A stretch of DNA of 36,032 nucleotides. It comes from Priapulus caudatus (Eukaryota). Positions within the stretch are counted from its first letter, which is position 1, and each line of letters begins with the position of its first letter. The stretch is taken from positions 1,150,637 to 1,186,668 of the forward strand of contig NW_014577066.1 in NCBI RefSeq assembly GCF_000485595.1. Direction: 5' to 3'. Both the position numbers and the translations under genes were made by a program. The notes below the pieces were generated by a model. The model saw only the letters and a list, made by a program, of their open reading frames with translations. It made no database searches and had not been told where the DNA came from. Positions 1 through 11,384 of the stretch are shown one piece after another.

Positions 1-761
1 CATATATATATATATATATATAGAAGATCAAGCAGTAAACAGAACCATATGCGAGATAGATTTGCACAATACATTTGGCGCCGTACATACAGACGTATCA
101 GAAACGCGATTTCCAGACCTATATAGATCTATATATATAGTGACAGAGTGCTCGTAATGTTCATAGGTCGCACGCAATGCGAATCACTAGCGACCCTGCC
201 TTCATGGCGTGGGTGGGTGTCTGTCAGCAATGGGAATTATCTGGTGTCATAATCAATGACACGTAGTGACGTCATCTCGGCTCATGTGACCTTATTGGCT
301 GACGGTTAGATGCTTTCGTCTTAAAACGCTGATCCAGGCGCTGGCGCCATACATGATCCTCTGATTGTGAGAGTGAAGGTTCTCTCGTTGTGACCACTGT
401 GTGATTTTCGGCTGTCTCTAGTATATGGTTTGATAGTTTTCTGCTAGTATATACATAGGGCTAGACGACCATGTTGGCGGGGTACTGTAGAGTCCGTTTA
501 CGATAATGTGTTTCGACGTCCTTGCCTTTAGCATTATCCAGCCATCTCAGACAATTCTCACTATTATTCACGAACACGGCCATTATTTGTCATTTTCCAG
601 ATACTTTCGCAGTTGTCCATATACTTATATTATTGTCAAGCGACTTTCACTATTGTCTAGAACGTCCACATGAATCGTTGTCTATCAGGGTCATTATTCA
701 CAATTGTCCTAAACGGCTATTTCCACTGTCTATTACTATTGTCGAACACGGCCAGTATATT

Positions 762-1625
762 CCATTGTCCAGCCAGCTTCACGATTGTCCAGCCACTTTC
801 ACTATTGTCTAGCCACCTTCAGCATTGTCCAACCACATTCACCATTGTCCAACCACCTTTACCATTGGGCAGCCACCTTTACCATTATCTAGCCACTTTC
901 ACCATTGTTTAGCTACCTTCACCATTGTCCAGCCACCTTCACCATTGTCCAGCCACCTTCACCATTGTCCAACCACCTTCACTATTGTCCAGCCACCTTG
1001 AACATTGTCCAGCCACCTTCACCATTGCCCAGCCACCTTCATCATTGTCCAACCACCTTCACCATTGTCCAGTCACCTTCACCATTATCCAGCTACCTCC
1101 ACCATTGTCCAGCCACCTTCACCATTGTCCAGCCACCTTTACCATTATCCAGCTACCTTCACCATTGTCCAGCCACCTTCACCATTGTTCAGCCACCTTC
1201 ACCATTGTCCAACCACCTTCACTATTGTCCAGCCACCTTCAACATTGTCCAACGACCTTCCCCATTGTCCAGCCACCTTCACCATTATCCAGCCACCTTC
1301 ACCATTGTCCAGCCACCTTCACCATTGTCCAACCACCTTCACCATTGTCCAGCCACCTTCACCATTGTCCAACCACCTTCACCATTGTCCAGCCACCTTC
1401 ACCATTGTCCAACCACCTTTACCATTGTCCAGCTACCTTCACCATTGTCCAGCCACCTTCACCATTGTCCAGCCACCTTCACCATTGTCCAACCACCTTC
1501 ACCATTGTCCAGCCACCTTCACCATTATCCAGCCACCTTCACCATTGTCCAGCCACCTTCACCATTGTCCAACCACCTTTACCACTGTCCAGCTACCTTC
1601 ACCACTGTCCAGCCACCCTCACCAT
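762..1625. repeat. 20-bp minisatellite (consensus ACCATTGTCCAGCCACCTTC), about 43 copies, running into a gap
   Basis: The unit is directly visible with point variants. A 20-nt period explains why all three + frames give the same HHCPATFTIVQPPSPLSSHL peptide. Confidence 0.97.
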
Positions 1626-1649
1626 NNNNNNNNNNGAGAGAGAGAGAGA

Positions 1650-1694
<45 letters not shown>

Positions 1695-2064
1695 AGAGAC
1701 GAGGAGACTGAAAGAAAGCAGAGCATTAGTCAAGCATACAAGCAGAGATTGCTTAGAGCGTCAGCGTTTCGTGCTAGTGTTAGACAGTCATCACGACACT
1801 CCAATTGAAAATCTCGCAGATGAGAGAACAATTGTGGAGCAAACGCGGCCATATACAGGCACATGCGCACGCGCGCACACGTACAGAACTTGCGCTTGAC
1901 GACGTACATTCGTGCGTGCGTTCGTGCGTGCATGCGTCAATCGCGGATTCTCATTAGCATAATACAGTAATACAGCATCCCTAGCTTCCACGGTAACGAG
2001 AGGACGCCATAAACCGCATTTGTCGTAATATAAAAATCTATATAATGTATGATGATAACAATAG

Positions 2065-2835
2065 CGTATAAAGAAGGAGAGCGTACAACGGTGAAATGCT
2101 GAAACCATGTTGCAGTGTTAGTCGAATTAATAAACTTTTCCCGTTTTATTTTGACGATTCCTTGAAGTATTATTGATCAGCTGTCCTACCTTGTTAATAT
2201 AAAACAAACCGCATGTCCCTACGATACCCCTATACGCTGAGATAATAAGCGGTGAAAATCTGGTATTTTCGCCGAAAACCGACTCGAGATACCTGCTGAC
2301 CGCGACTGTCGCTGAAGGGGTCGACTGAAGATATGTCGGGTACATATCTGTAGTACCTGATACGACAACGACCCCATCTGCGCGACTGTCTCTCGCTTTG
2401 AGATAACTTCGGGAACCTCGCGTGTTTCCGTCAATGATTGGCAAATGGAATGAATGACGTCTGTTATTGATTGCCATAGTGATGACCACAAACTGTGCCC
2501 ACCTCACGCTGGATGTATCGTAAACTCTGCAGTACTAACATGATTCAGCGCTACCATGGCGCTACACAGCGGCGACCGGAAGCAACACACTGGCCACAAA
2601 GCGATACGAGAGACAGTCGCAGTCAGCAGGTATCTCGAGTCGGTTTTCGGCGAAAATACCAGATTTTCACCGCCCATTCTCTCAGCGTAGGGAGATCGTA
2701 GGGACATGCGGTTTATTTTATATTAACAAGGTAGGACAGAAATCGTCAAAATAAAACGGGAAAAGTTTATGAATTCGACTAATACTGCAACATGGTTTCA
2801 GCATTTCACCATTGTACGCTCTCCTTCTTTATACG
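2065..2835. mobile_element. Non-autonomous foldback/MITE-like element with about 225-245 bp terminal inverted repeats
   Basis: 2065-~2312 (CGTATAAAGAAGGAGAGCGTACAAC...CTCGAGATACCTGCTGAC) is the reverse complement of ~2612-2835 with few mismatches and one ~20-bp indel. No credible ORF. Superfamily not assignable. Confidence 0.85.
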
Positions 2836-3302
2836 TTCTTGATAATAACAATATATATATATGATCACTAACGATCTATTCTGTATTATTATCTCGCGTG
2901 AAGATAAACTTCTATATGATCCGATTGCAGATCCATATATACCGCCAAATACCGCCATATACCGCCCTATACCGCCATATACCGCTACAAGGTGTGTTCA
3001 GGCATTTACGTTCGTGTACTCGTATATGTACAAGTATGTACGTCCATGTACGGGCGAGTACATGCGTGTACCGAAGGTCATGTGCGTGCAGTACGGGCGT
3101 TTACGTGCGCGTACAAGCGGGTACGTGTGCGTACGGGCGTGCACGGGTGTGTGCGTATACGTACGGGCGTGTACGTGTGTATGTACAAACGTGTACATGC
3201 GTGTACTGACGTGTACGAGCATGCGATACGCAGTGGGGCCAAAAACACTGATAGAATGCTATAAGTGGGAAGCCTCGACATATATATATATATATATATC
3301 TA

Positions 3303-4070
3303 TCAGGCGTCATTATTCACAATTGTCCTAAACGGCTATTTCCACTGTCTATTACTATTGTCGAACACGCGCAGTATATTCCATTGTCCAGCCAGCCTTC
3401 ACGATTGTCCAGCCACTTTCACTATTGCTATAGCCACCTTCAGCATTGTCCAACCACATTCACCATTGTCCAACCACCTTTACCATTGGGCAGACACCTT
3501 TACCATTATCTAGCCACTTTCACCATTGTTTAGCTACCTTCACCATTGTCAGCCACCGCTTCTACCATTGTCCAACCACCTTTCAAGCTATTGTCCAGCC
3601 ACCTTCAACAATTGTCCAGCCACCTTCACCATTGCCAGCCACCTTCATCATTGTCAAACCAACCTTCACCATTGTCCAGATCCACCTCACTTTATCCAGC
3701 TACCTCCCGCATTGTCCAGCACCTTCAACATTGTCCAGCCACCTTTACCATTATCCAGCTACGCTTCACCCATTGTCCAGCCACCTTCCACCATTGTTCA
3801 GCACCTTCACCATTGTCCAACCACCCTTCACTATTGGTCCAGCCACCTTACATTGTCACGACCTTCCCCATTGTCAGCCCCTTCACCACCATTATCCAGC
3901 CACCTTCACCATTTGGTCATTCCCATTGCGCACCTTCACCATTGTCCAGCACTCACCTTGCCAACCATTTCACACTTTCAGCCAGTCCTTCACCATTGTC
4001 CACCAACCTTTCACCAATTGATCCAGCACCTTCCGCATTGTCGCCACCTTCAGCCATTGTCCAGCAACCT
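3303..4070. repeat. Indel-rich second copy of ~682-1625 (minisatellite and its left flank)
   Basis: Begins with the same TCATTATTCACAATTGTCCTAAACGG flank, carries scattered 1-nt indels and ends at an N gap. Confidence 0.85.
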
Positions 4071-4095
4071 NNNNNNNNNNNNNNNNNNNNNNNNN

Positions 4096-5300
4096 AGAAG
4101 ATCAAGCAGTAAAAACAGAACATATGCGAGATAGATTTGCACAATACATTTTGGCCCGTACATAACAGACGTATCAGAAACGCGATTTCCAGACTTATAT
4201 AGATCTATATATATTAGTGACAGGAGCTGCTCGTAATGTCATAGGTCGGCACGTCAATGCGAAATCACTAGGCGACCCTGCCTCATGGCGTGTGGTGCGC
4301 CGTCGTCTGTCAGCAATGGGAGGGAATTATCTGGGTCATATCAATGACACGTTCAGTGACCGTCATCTCGGCGCTCATGTTTCTGACCATTATTGGCTGA
4401 CGCCGTTAGATGCTTTCGTGCTTGAACGCTGATCCAGGCGCTGGTGCTGCGCCGCATACATGATCCTCTGATTGTGCAGAGTGAAGGTTCTCTCCGCTGG
4501 TGAACCACTGTGTGGGATTTTCGGCTGTCTCTAGTATATGGGTTGATAGTTTTCTTGCTAGTATATTACTAGCGGCCTAGAACGACCATGTTGTTGGCGC
4601 GGGTACTGTAGAGTTCCGTTTACGATACATGTGTTTCGAGTTCGTTCCTTGCCTTTAGCATTATCCAGCCCATCTCAGACAATTCTCACTTCATTTATTC
4701 ACGAACACGGCCATTATTTGTCATTTTCCAGGATACTTTCGCAGTTGTCCATATATTATATTATTTGTCAAGCGACTTTCACTATTGTCATAAGAACGAT
4801 CCACATGAATCGTTTGTATATCAGCGCGTCATTATTCACAATTGTCCTAAACGGCTATTTCCACTGTCTATTACTATTGTCGAACACGGCCAGTATATTC
4901 CATTGTCCAGCCAGCCTTCACGATTGTCCAGCCACTTTCACTATTGTCTAGCCACCTTCAGCATTGTCCAACCACATTCACCATTGTCCAACCACCTTTA
5001 CCATTGTGGCAGCCACCTTTACCATTATCTAGGCCACTTTCACCATTGTTTAGCTACCTTCACCATTGTCAGACCCACGCACCTTACCGCCCCTTTCACC
5101 ATTGTCCAGCCACCTTCACCATTGTCCAGCCACCTTCACCATTGTCTAACCACCTTCACCATTGTCTAGCTATCTTCCCCATTGTCCAGCCACCTTCACC
5201 ATTGTCCAGCCACATTCACCATTGTCCAGCCACCTTCACCATTGTCCAACCACCTTTACCATTGTTCAGCCACATTCACCATTGTCCAGCCACTTTCATC
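4096..5300. repeat. Indel-rich copy of 22-~1100
   Basis: Starts right after a gap with AGAAGATCAAGCAGTAAA as at position 22 and is colinear, with insertion-dominated differences. Confidence 0.9.
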
Positions 5301-5367
5301 ATTTCCTATTTACGGCAAGTGAATTTAATCTCGAGCAGTGCCCTCTGGCGCTAGTTGCTCGCTCTCG

Positions 5368-5712
5368 TCACGCTATGTTTGTCTGCGCGAGGTTCAGCGC
5401 CATCTCGCGCTGCTCTGCCGTCGGCTGTTCAAACAGCGTCGTCGGTCTATAGCTGCAGTCGTCGTCGCTGCCCGTACGCGACGCGCCGAACTTTGCGACG
5501 CGCAGCAGCACGAGCGTCAGCGCGACGCCGAGGATGACGAGCGCCGCCGGCCAGAGCAGCGAGTGTAGCAGCGCCCTCTGTGTGAAGCGCCGGCGACGCA
5601 GCACCTGCGAGCTGTCCTTGGGGTTGAAGTAGCAGTCGCCGACGGCTCCGATGGCGCCGTGCCTCGCCGTGTACAAGTCGATCTTGTTCTGCAGGCAAGA
5701 GACGTACGTGCA
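5368..5712 (-). CDS. Terminal coding exon of a calcium-activated potassium (BK/Slo) channel beta-subunit-like (KCNMB family) gene
   Basis: A pyrimidine-rich acceptor (ctcttgctctgtgttttgcag) is followed by CTYVSC...GDCYFNPKDSSQVLRRRRFTQRALLHSLLWPAALVILGVALTLVLL...stop. This matches the KCNMB pattern CSY..C / CY.N / V.L / LH.L.WP + TM2. The sequence is GC-rich and coding-like. Confidence 0.8.
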   Translation of the reverse strand, partial: CTYVSCLQNKIDLYTARHGAIGAVGDCYFNPKDSSQVLRRRRFTQRALLHSLLWPAALVILGVALTLVLLRVAKFGASRTGSDDDCSYRPTTLFEQPTAEQREMALNLAQTNIA

Positions 5713-5841
5713 CTGCAAAACACAGAGCAAGAGAGGGATGAGCACACGGATATGCGTATACATACAGAGAAGGAAGAGGCTATATATTATAGTATAGTAT
5801 TGATATATATATATATTAATATATTATAATATACTATATAT

Positions 5842-5889
<48 letters not shown>

Positions 5890-6307
5890 GGGGAGAGAGG
5901 GAGGCGGTAAGATATAGTGAGTGGTAAGATATAGTCAGTGGTAGCGATATGATGAGGTGAGTGCATGAAGAGATGGTATACGATGAGGGAGCAAGAGAGA
6001 GTGAGTGAAGAGAGAGTGAGAGCGCTATGCGAGTGAGAAAATGCGATGTTTGCGGACGAAACAGATTAGTGAGGCAGTGCGCGCACAGATGGCGCTCGCA
6101 GCCGATGTGCTCGCACACGCGTCACGCATGTGAAGCCATACATGTGAATAGCTGATGAGAGAAACAGCAGCTGCCAGCATAGCTTTGTAATATCTACGCA
6201 ATGCCAATGCTACGTCCCATTCGGTAAAACGATGGGTCAATGCAATATTCTATTTCACTATTCTATAGTTGTTTGAGGGTTATCTAAGTGGGGAGACGTA
6301 CGTCCAT

Positions 6308-6462
6308 GCACAGTATTGTCGTACTCTGGTAATAGTAGCTGAATCAATGTACAAAGCCGTGCGACATTGCAGTGTATTATCGTACTCTGGCAGTAGTAGC
6401 TAACTTTGTACAGAGATGTGTGTCCCTGCAGAGTATTATCGTACTCTAGAAGAAGTAGCCGT
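6308..6462. repeat. Degenerate ~60-bp tandem repeat, about 3 copies
   Basis: GTATTRTCGTACTCTRG.A..AGTAGC recurs near 6314, 6374 and 6433. Confidence 0.7.
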
Positions 6463-7349
6463 CTCTATGTGCTGAGAATAACACCTATTTAATGAACTGT
6501 ACCATATGTACATGTATATATTATGTACTGCGTTGTATTCTAGTACATTCGGTCAAGGATCAAGGACCAAGAATAAGGTGACCGGGAATATTTCTACATC
6601 TAACGCATCTTCGTGGGTGACGAAGCCGTGGTTACCGTAGAGTTATCCCCCTCCGCGAGCTCCTTTCCTTCCTCATCGCCCTGCTCTTTAGAGTTCCTCC
6701 TTTCTACCACCTTTCTACCACCTTTAGAGTTCTACAGAATTTTCTCCCCGTCTCCCCTATTAAGGTTTCTCTTTCTTCACCCCTCTATGTTCAACTTCTA
6801 CGGCACTCAGCGGTTACTTATTCGCTCCCTCTTCCCTAGGCGTTCCTCCTCTTTTTTTTTCTCTTATCGTTCCTCCCGCCCACCCATTCAGTGTTCACAT
6901 CGCCTCCCTCTCAGAGTTCACATCTAGCTCCTCTTCCCCTCCCCCCTCAGATTTCATCATTCACGGTTCCTCTCCTCCCATCTCCTTTAGAGTCCACCTC
7001 CCCCTTCTCCTCCTCCCCCTCGTTCTCCGCTTCTTCTCTTCCGCCTCATCCCGCCTCAGAGTTCGCTTGCTCCTCATCCTCCCCTTCAGACTTTATCCTC
7101 CGTGGTTCGCGTCCTGTCATTCAGGAGTCACTCGCGCTTCGGTAATCTCTAGCTACGCGTATTAAAATGTCACCTCGATGCGCAGTTGTACGAGGCGTGG
7201 CGCCTGCCGCAGAGCGAGAAACACGACAGACCAAGCTGTAATAAATTGCCCCAAGCACTACATGGATCGCAGTGTCGTTGCAACTCATACGCACGCACGC
7301 ACGAACGAAGGAACGCACGTACGTAGGCACACACAGACCCACATACACA

Positions 7350-7402
<53 letters not shown>

Positions 7403-7955
7403 AGTGACATACACACGCACGCATACATGCGCACGAAACCAGCTGATGCCATAGNNNNNNNNNNNNNNNNNNNNNNNNNNNNNNNNNNNNNNNNNNNNNN
7501 NNNNNNNNNNNNNNNNNNNNNNNNNNNNNNNNNNNNNNNNNNNNNNNNNNNNNNNNNNNNNNNNNNNNNNNNNNNNNNNNNNNNNNNNNNNNNNNNNNNN
7601 NNNNNNNNNNNNNNNNNNNNNNNNNNNNNNNNNNNNNNNNNNNNNNNNNNNNNNNNNNNNNNNNNNNNNNNNNNNNNNNNNNNNNNNNNNNNNNNNNNNN
7701 NNNNNNNNNNNNNNNNNNNNNNNNNNNNNNNNNNNNNNNNNNNNNNNNNNNNNNNNNNNNNNNNNNNNNNNNNNNNNNNNNNNNNNNNNNNNTATATATA
7801 AATTATATATATTATATGCGTGCATGCGTGCGTGCGGGCGTGAGTGTATGCTATTCATTTGTTGTTGCTATATCATTGAATACTTAGTGTGGTGAGCGTG
7901 TCTGTGGGTGTGGCTGAGGGTGTGGCTGTGGTCGAGGGTATAGGTGTGGGTGTGA

Positions 7956-8033
<78 letters not shown>

Positions 8034-9705
8034 CCTTGTCTTAATTCATGCCTTCCTCCCTCTTGCTTTATCGGCCTCTCGCCTGCTTCTCTCCTGGCGT
8101 CCATTCATCATAAAAGCTTCCTTTCTTCTCTACTCTCTCCCGCGCGCGTTCCCTGTCGTTCCGTCATGTTCCTCTGGCCTCCCGCACTCACTCGAGTCCC
8201 CTCCAGCAAAATATTGTTCTCTCCTCTTCTCTTTTCCGCTCTCGCTTGCATATCTAATATGTGATTGCGGATGGGCAATGAAACTGCCTGTCGATAATGA
8301 CTGTATAAATCCCGGCTGTAAACTGTGCGAAGCATGAAATGCACGTTGACTGCTACTTGCTATGTAAAAGTTACACCATTTCACGCGCGTGAGAATATAG
8401 CAAATCTATCACAGTGCAGTATATATTATGAAAATTTTGCGTTGCCGCAAAATAATCATGAAAAATATTTGAGAAAAAAATCGCGCGACCCATTTTATAT
8501 ATTGAATTTCTAATATTCGGTATCTGATTTTAATTAAATAACACGTGACATGCTTTGCACCAATGGCAAACGAGGTAGTTTTTGTATCTAATGTGCCGTC
8601 GAGCGATAGTTCAAAGACCGACCCTGAGTTGACCTTACGAGACCTCATATGATGATGAGGTAAGGATATCATGAAAGCCCCATGTACATAACCTGCAACC
8701 AGCGACAGATCATACGTTTCTTAGTTCCATTCGGTCGGTGACAGGGTCAAGACCAGCGGTCAAGACATGGACATGCAGACAGCAGTGACGACCGTGAAGA
8801 GTCGAGTGAGAGCGTTATATGAGGATGGCAGGAACTGAGCGAGCGTATATCTCGACTGAGATGGATTAATGGAAATTGCGTGTGAGAGATTCAATTATAT
8901 TGCTGAGGCGGAATGAGTCCTTTAATGAAAATCGAGCGCTTAATGGGATGTCGGATGAAATCTCAACCGCAGGCGAGCTCAATGAGAAGTTAAACGATAC
9001 GCGTCATCGTGGCGATATACGTGGAAGCATAGGCATGTACGGAAACGTATATATGCACGCAGCATAAACGAACACGAGCACGCATAATCAAACGTACGCA
9101 CACGCACGCACACACACGCACACGCACGTACACGCACACACNNNNNNNNNNACACGCACGCACACACACGCACACGCACGTACACGCACACACGCACGCA
9201 CGCACGAGCGGACGGAGATGCCTCTAACGATGTCGTTACTGTATAGGTGAACGTTGGCTGGGGACTGAGGAGGGTAGAGCTTGCAGGCAGACCTGTCACC
9301 GGGGGAGATGTGCGGCGTATTCTGTCCAGCACGTCACTGTCAGCGATTAATAGTTTAATTTTGACGATTGGTGCTTCTGACCATTTTCGTCGGCGACGTT
9401 ATTAAAAGATTTCGCATTGAAAAGCACGTAAACTGGCCTTTATTCTCCTGTAATAACGCAAATCCCATAACGTACCTGTCATCAACATTACTAAGCCAAT
9501 TACTATGTCCTCGTTGCTCTCATTAAAGCCCATAATCGCCCTTAATTGAAGAACTGAGGGCGCGGAAGTACCCACTAACCCCCTTCCCCTCCTCCTCCTC
9601 TTCCTCCCCCTCCTTCCCCTTATCCTCCTCTTCGCCCTCCTCCTCCTCATCCCCCGCCTCCTTCCCGTGTTGCGTGTGTCGCGCGTTATTACTATTACGT
9701 AATTA

Positions 9706-9894
9706 GTGACGTATTAAATAGATGCGGTGACGTATTAAATAGATGCGGTGACGTATTAAATAGATGCGGTGACGTATTAAATAGATGCGGTGACGTATTA
9801 AATAGATGCGGTGACGTATTAAATAGATGCGGTGACGTATTAAATAGATGCGGTGACGTATTAAATAGATGCGGTGACGTATTAAATAGATGCG
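9706..9894. repeat. Perfect 21-bp tandem repeat GTGACGTATTAAATAGATGCG x9
   Basis: Nine identical units starting at 9706, 9727, ... 9874. Confidence 0.98.
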
Positions 9895-10572
9895 GTGGCG
9901 TTTGCGTCGGCTGTCGCTTGTAACTTCGTTCGGCGGTGTCGCCAGGGGTCGCTGACAGCTGACGCTACCTTTTGTCCCCGGACCGCAGTTTTCTCTCGCG
10001 TCACCGAGCTGAAGTTGCATGTTTGATAGGTAGAGAGAGAGAGAGAGCTTCGTTGGCCTCTCTCTCTCTCTCTCTCTTAATCCGAACGTCATAACGTAGA
10101 CATAATGAGGATGAGCGGTTGGTGGTCCCTCGACGTCGTCGTCGCATGGAAATACGCTTTTAATTTGCCACTTGAAATCCACTTTTTATAAAGAGCCCCA
10201 CTCCGGCCGTACGTCTGCCGGGAAATGATGGCGTATTGCTGTCGTATGCTGATGCGGCGAATAAGCGGGAAAGGGCATGTGCGCATTTGAAATCATAATA
10301 ATGATGGTGGTGTGTAATCTGGATTGATGCGGCTGACTGTCTAGCTCTCCCTGCTTCATAATCACGACAGTGTGCGTCGTTGCCAACCACGTTTTAAGTT
10401 TATTATTTCTCCTAATCGGAGAAAAATACGATTGTCAATTTATATTACCTCGCTTGACAGAGATTGGCGCGGTGACATACCATCGTGGGTGGAATCATTA
10501 GTGTTGTTCTTACCGCATGATGTAAGAAATTATCTCAGTTGATGGTCAACCTGTTGCCCTCGTCTGTTTCAG

Positions 10573-10760
10573 ATGCGAACGGGGCAGTACGCGAACTGGT
10601 GTTTCCGAAAGGTTTAGATCTCGATCGACCAAAGAGAGCCAGGACGACTTTCTCGGCCGATCAGCTGCATCAACTAGAGAAGGAGTTTCAGAATAATCAG
10701 TACTTGGTTGGCCGGGATCGTACGGAGCTAGCCGATCAGTTAGGACTTACGGAAACACAA
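10573..10760 (+). CDS. Vax: Vax homeobox gene, internal exon (upstream motif and homeodomain helices 1-2)
   Basis: Acceptor tctgtttcag at 10572 and GT donor at 10761. Encodes (D)[75 protein letters not shown] and QY.VGR.RTELA are Vax-diagnostic. Confidence 0.95.
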
Positions 10761-10783
10761 GTATGTTCCGTGTAGGATACAAA

Positions 10784-10797
10784 CTGCTGCTGTGTAG

Positions 10798-10839
<42 letters not shown>

Positions 10840-11071
10840 GCCGCTACTGCTGCTGATGCTGCTGCTGCTGCTGTTGCTGCTGTTGCTGCTGTTGCTGCTA
10901 CTGTTGCTGCTGCTGCTGCCGCTGCTGCTGCTGATGCTGCTGATGATACTGGGTCTGGGCTACTGGCTACTGCTGTGATGCTCTGCTGGCCGCTGCCTTG
11001 GTGCTGGCTGCTGGCTGACTGCTGCTGATGCTGGTGCTGCGGGCTGCTGCTACTCTGTGCTGCTGCTGCTG
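10784..11071. repeat. Imperfect (CTG)n tract at the start of the Vax homeobox intron
   Basis: CTG/TTG/CCG triplet run beginning about 25 nt after the donor site. Confidence 0.9.
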
Positions 11072-11384
11072 ATAAATTTTACTAGGTTTGTTCTTTAGCG
11101 CATGTATCAAATCATCAAGTTCATTACTTTCTATCTAACACATGCGGTTCGTTAGATTAATACATTTCTTGATGCGTGCGTTCTAAAAACTTAAATTAAC
11201 ACTTTTCTGCGGTTACGCACCTTCATCTATGCATATGAACGTCTTTATAAATTTAATATTAATTTTATTGTAATTGTAGTTATTATATTATTAGCATTAT
11301 TATTATTATTATTTCCAGATCATTGTATTTTTAATTTTCAGGGGGGGTGGGGGGCTGTATCCGGGCACATTAATATTATTACAT

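Noticed and set aside
762..1625. CRISPR-like regular repeat (also considered for 9706-9894)
   Set aside because: The units are head-to-tail with no unique spacers, there are no cas genes, and the context is eukaryotic.
905..1899. Long His/Pro/Cys-rich ORFs in all three + frames
   Set aside because: They are translations of a stop-free 20-bp minisatellite that cross an N gap, with no coding evidence.
3303..5300. Apparent tandem segmental triplication of the minisatellite locus
   Set aside because: The copies abut a gap and differ by dense single-base indels typical of unpolished long-read gap filling, so they are probably redundant assembly.
9247..9335. GDVRRILSS as a candidate Vax first-exon end
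   Set aside because: There is no suitable donor site or start codon, and the similarity is limited to four residues.
10225..10290. MMAYCCRMLMRR resembles the Vax exon-1 end motif (CRRILVRD)
   Set aside because: There is no phase-1 GT donor after the motif and the ORF is very short, so it is probably chance.
10763..10978. Poly-leucine ORF
   Set aside because: It is a translation of the intronic CTG tract.
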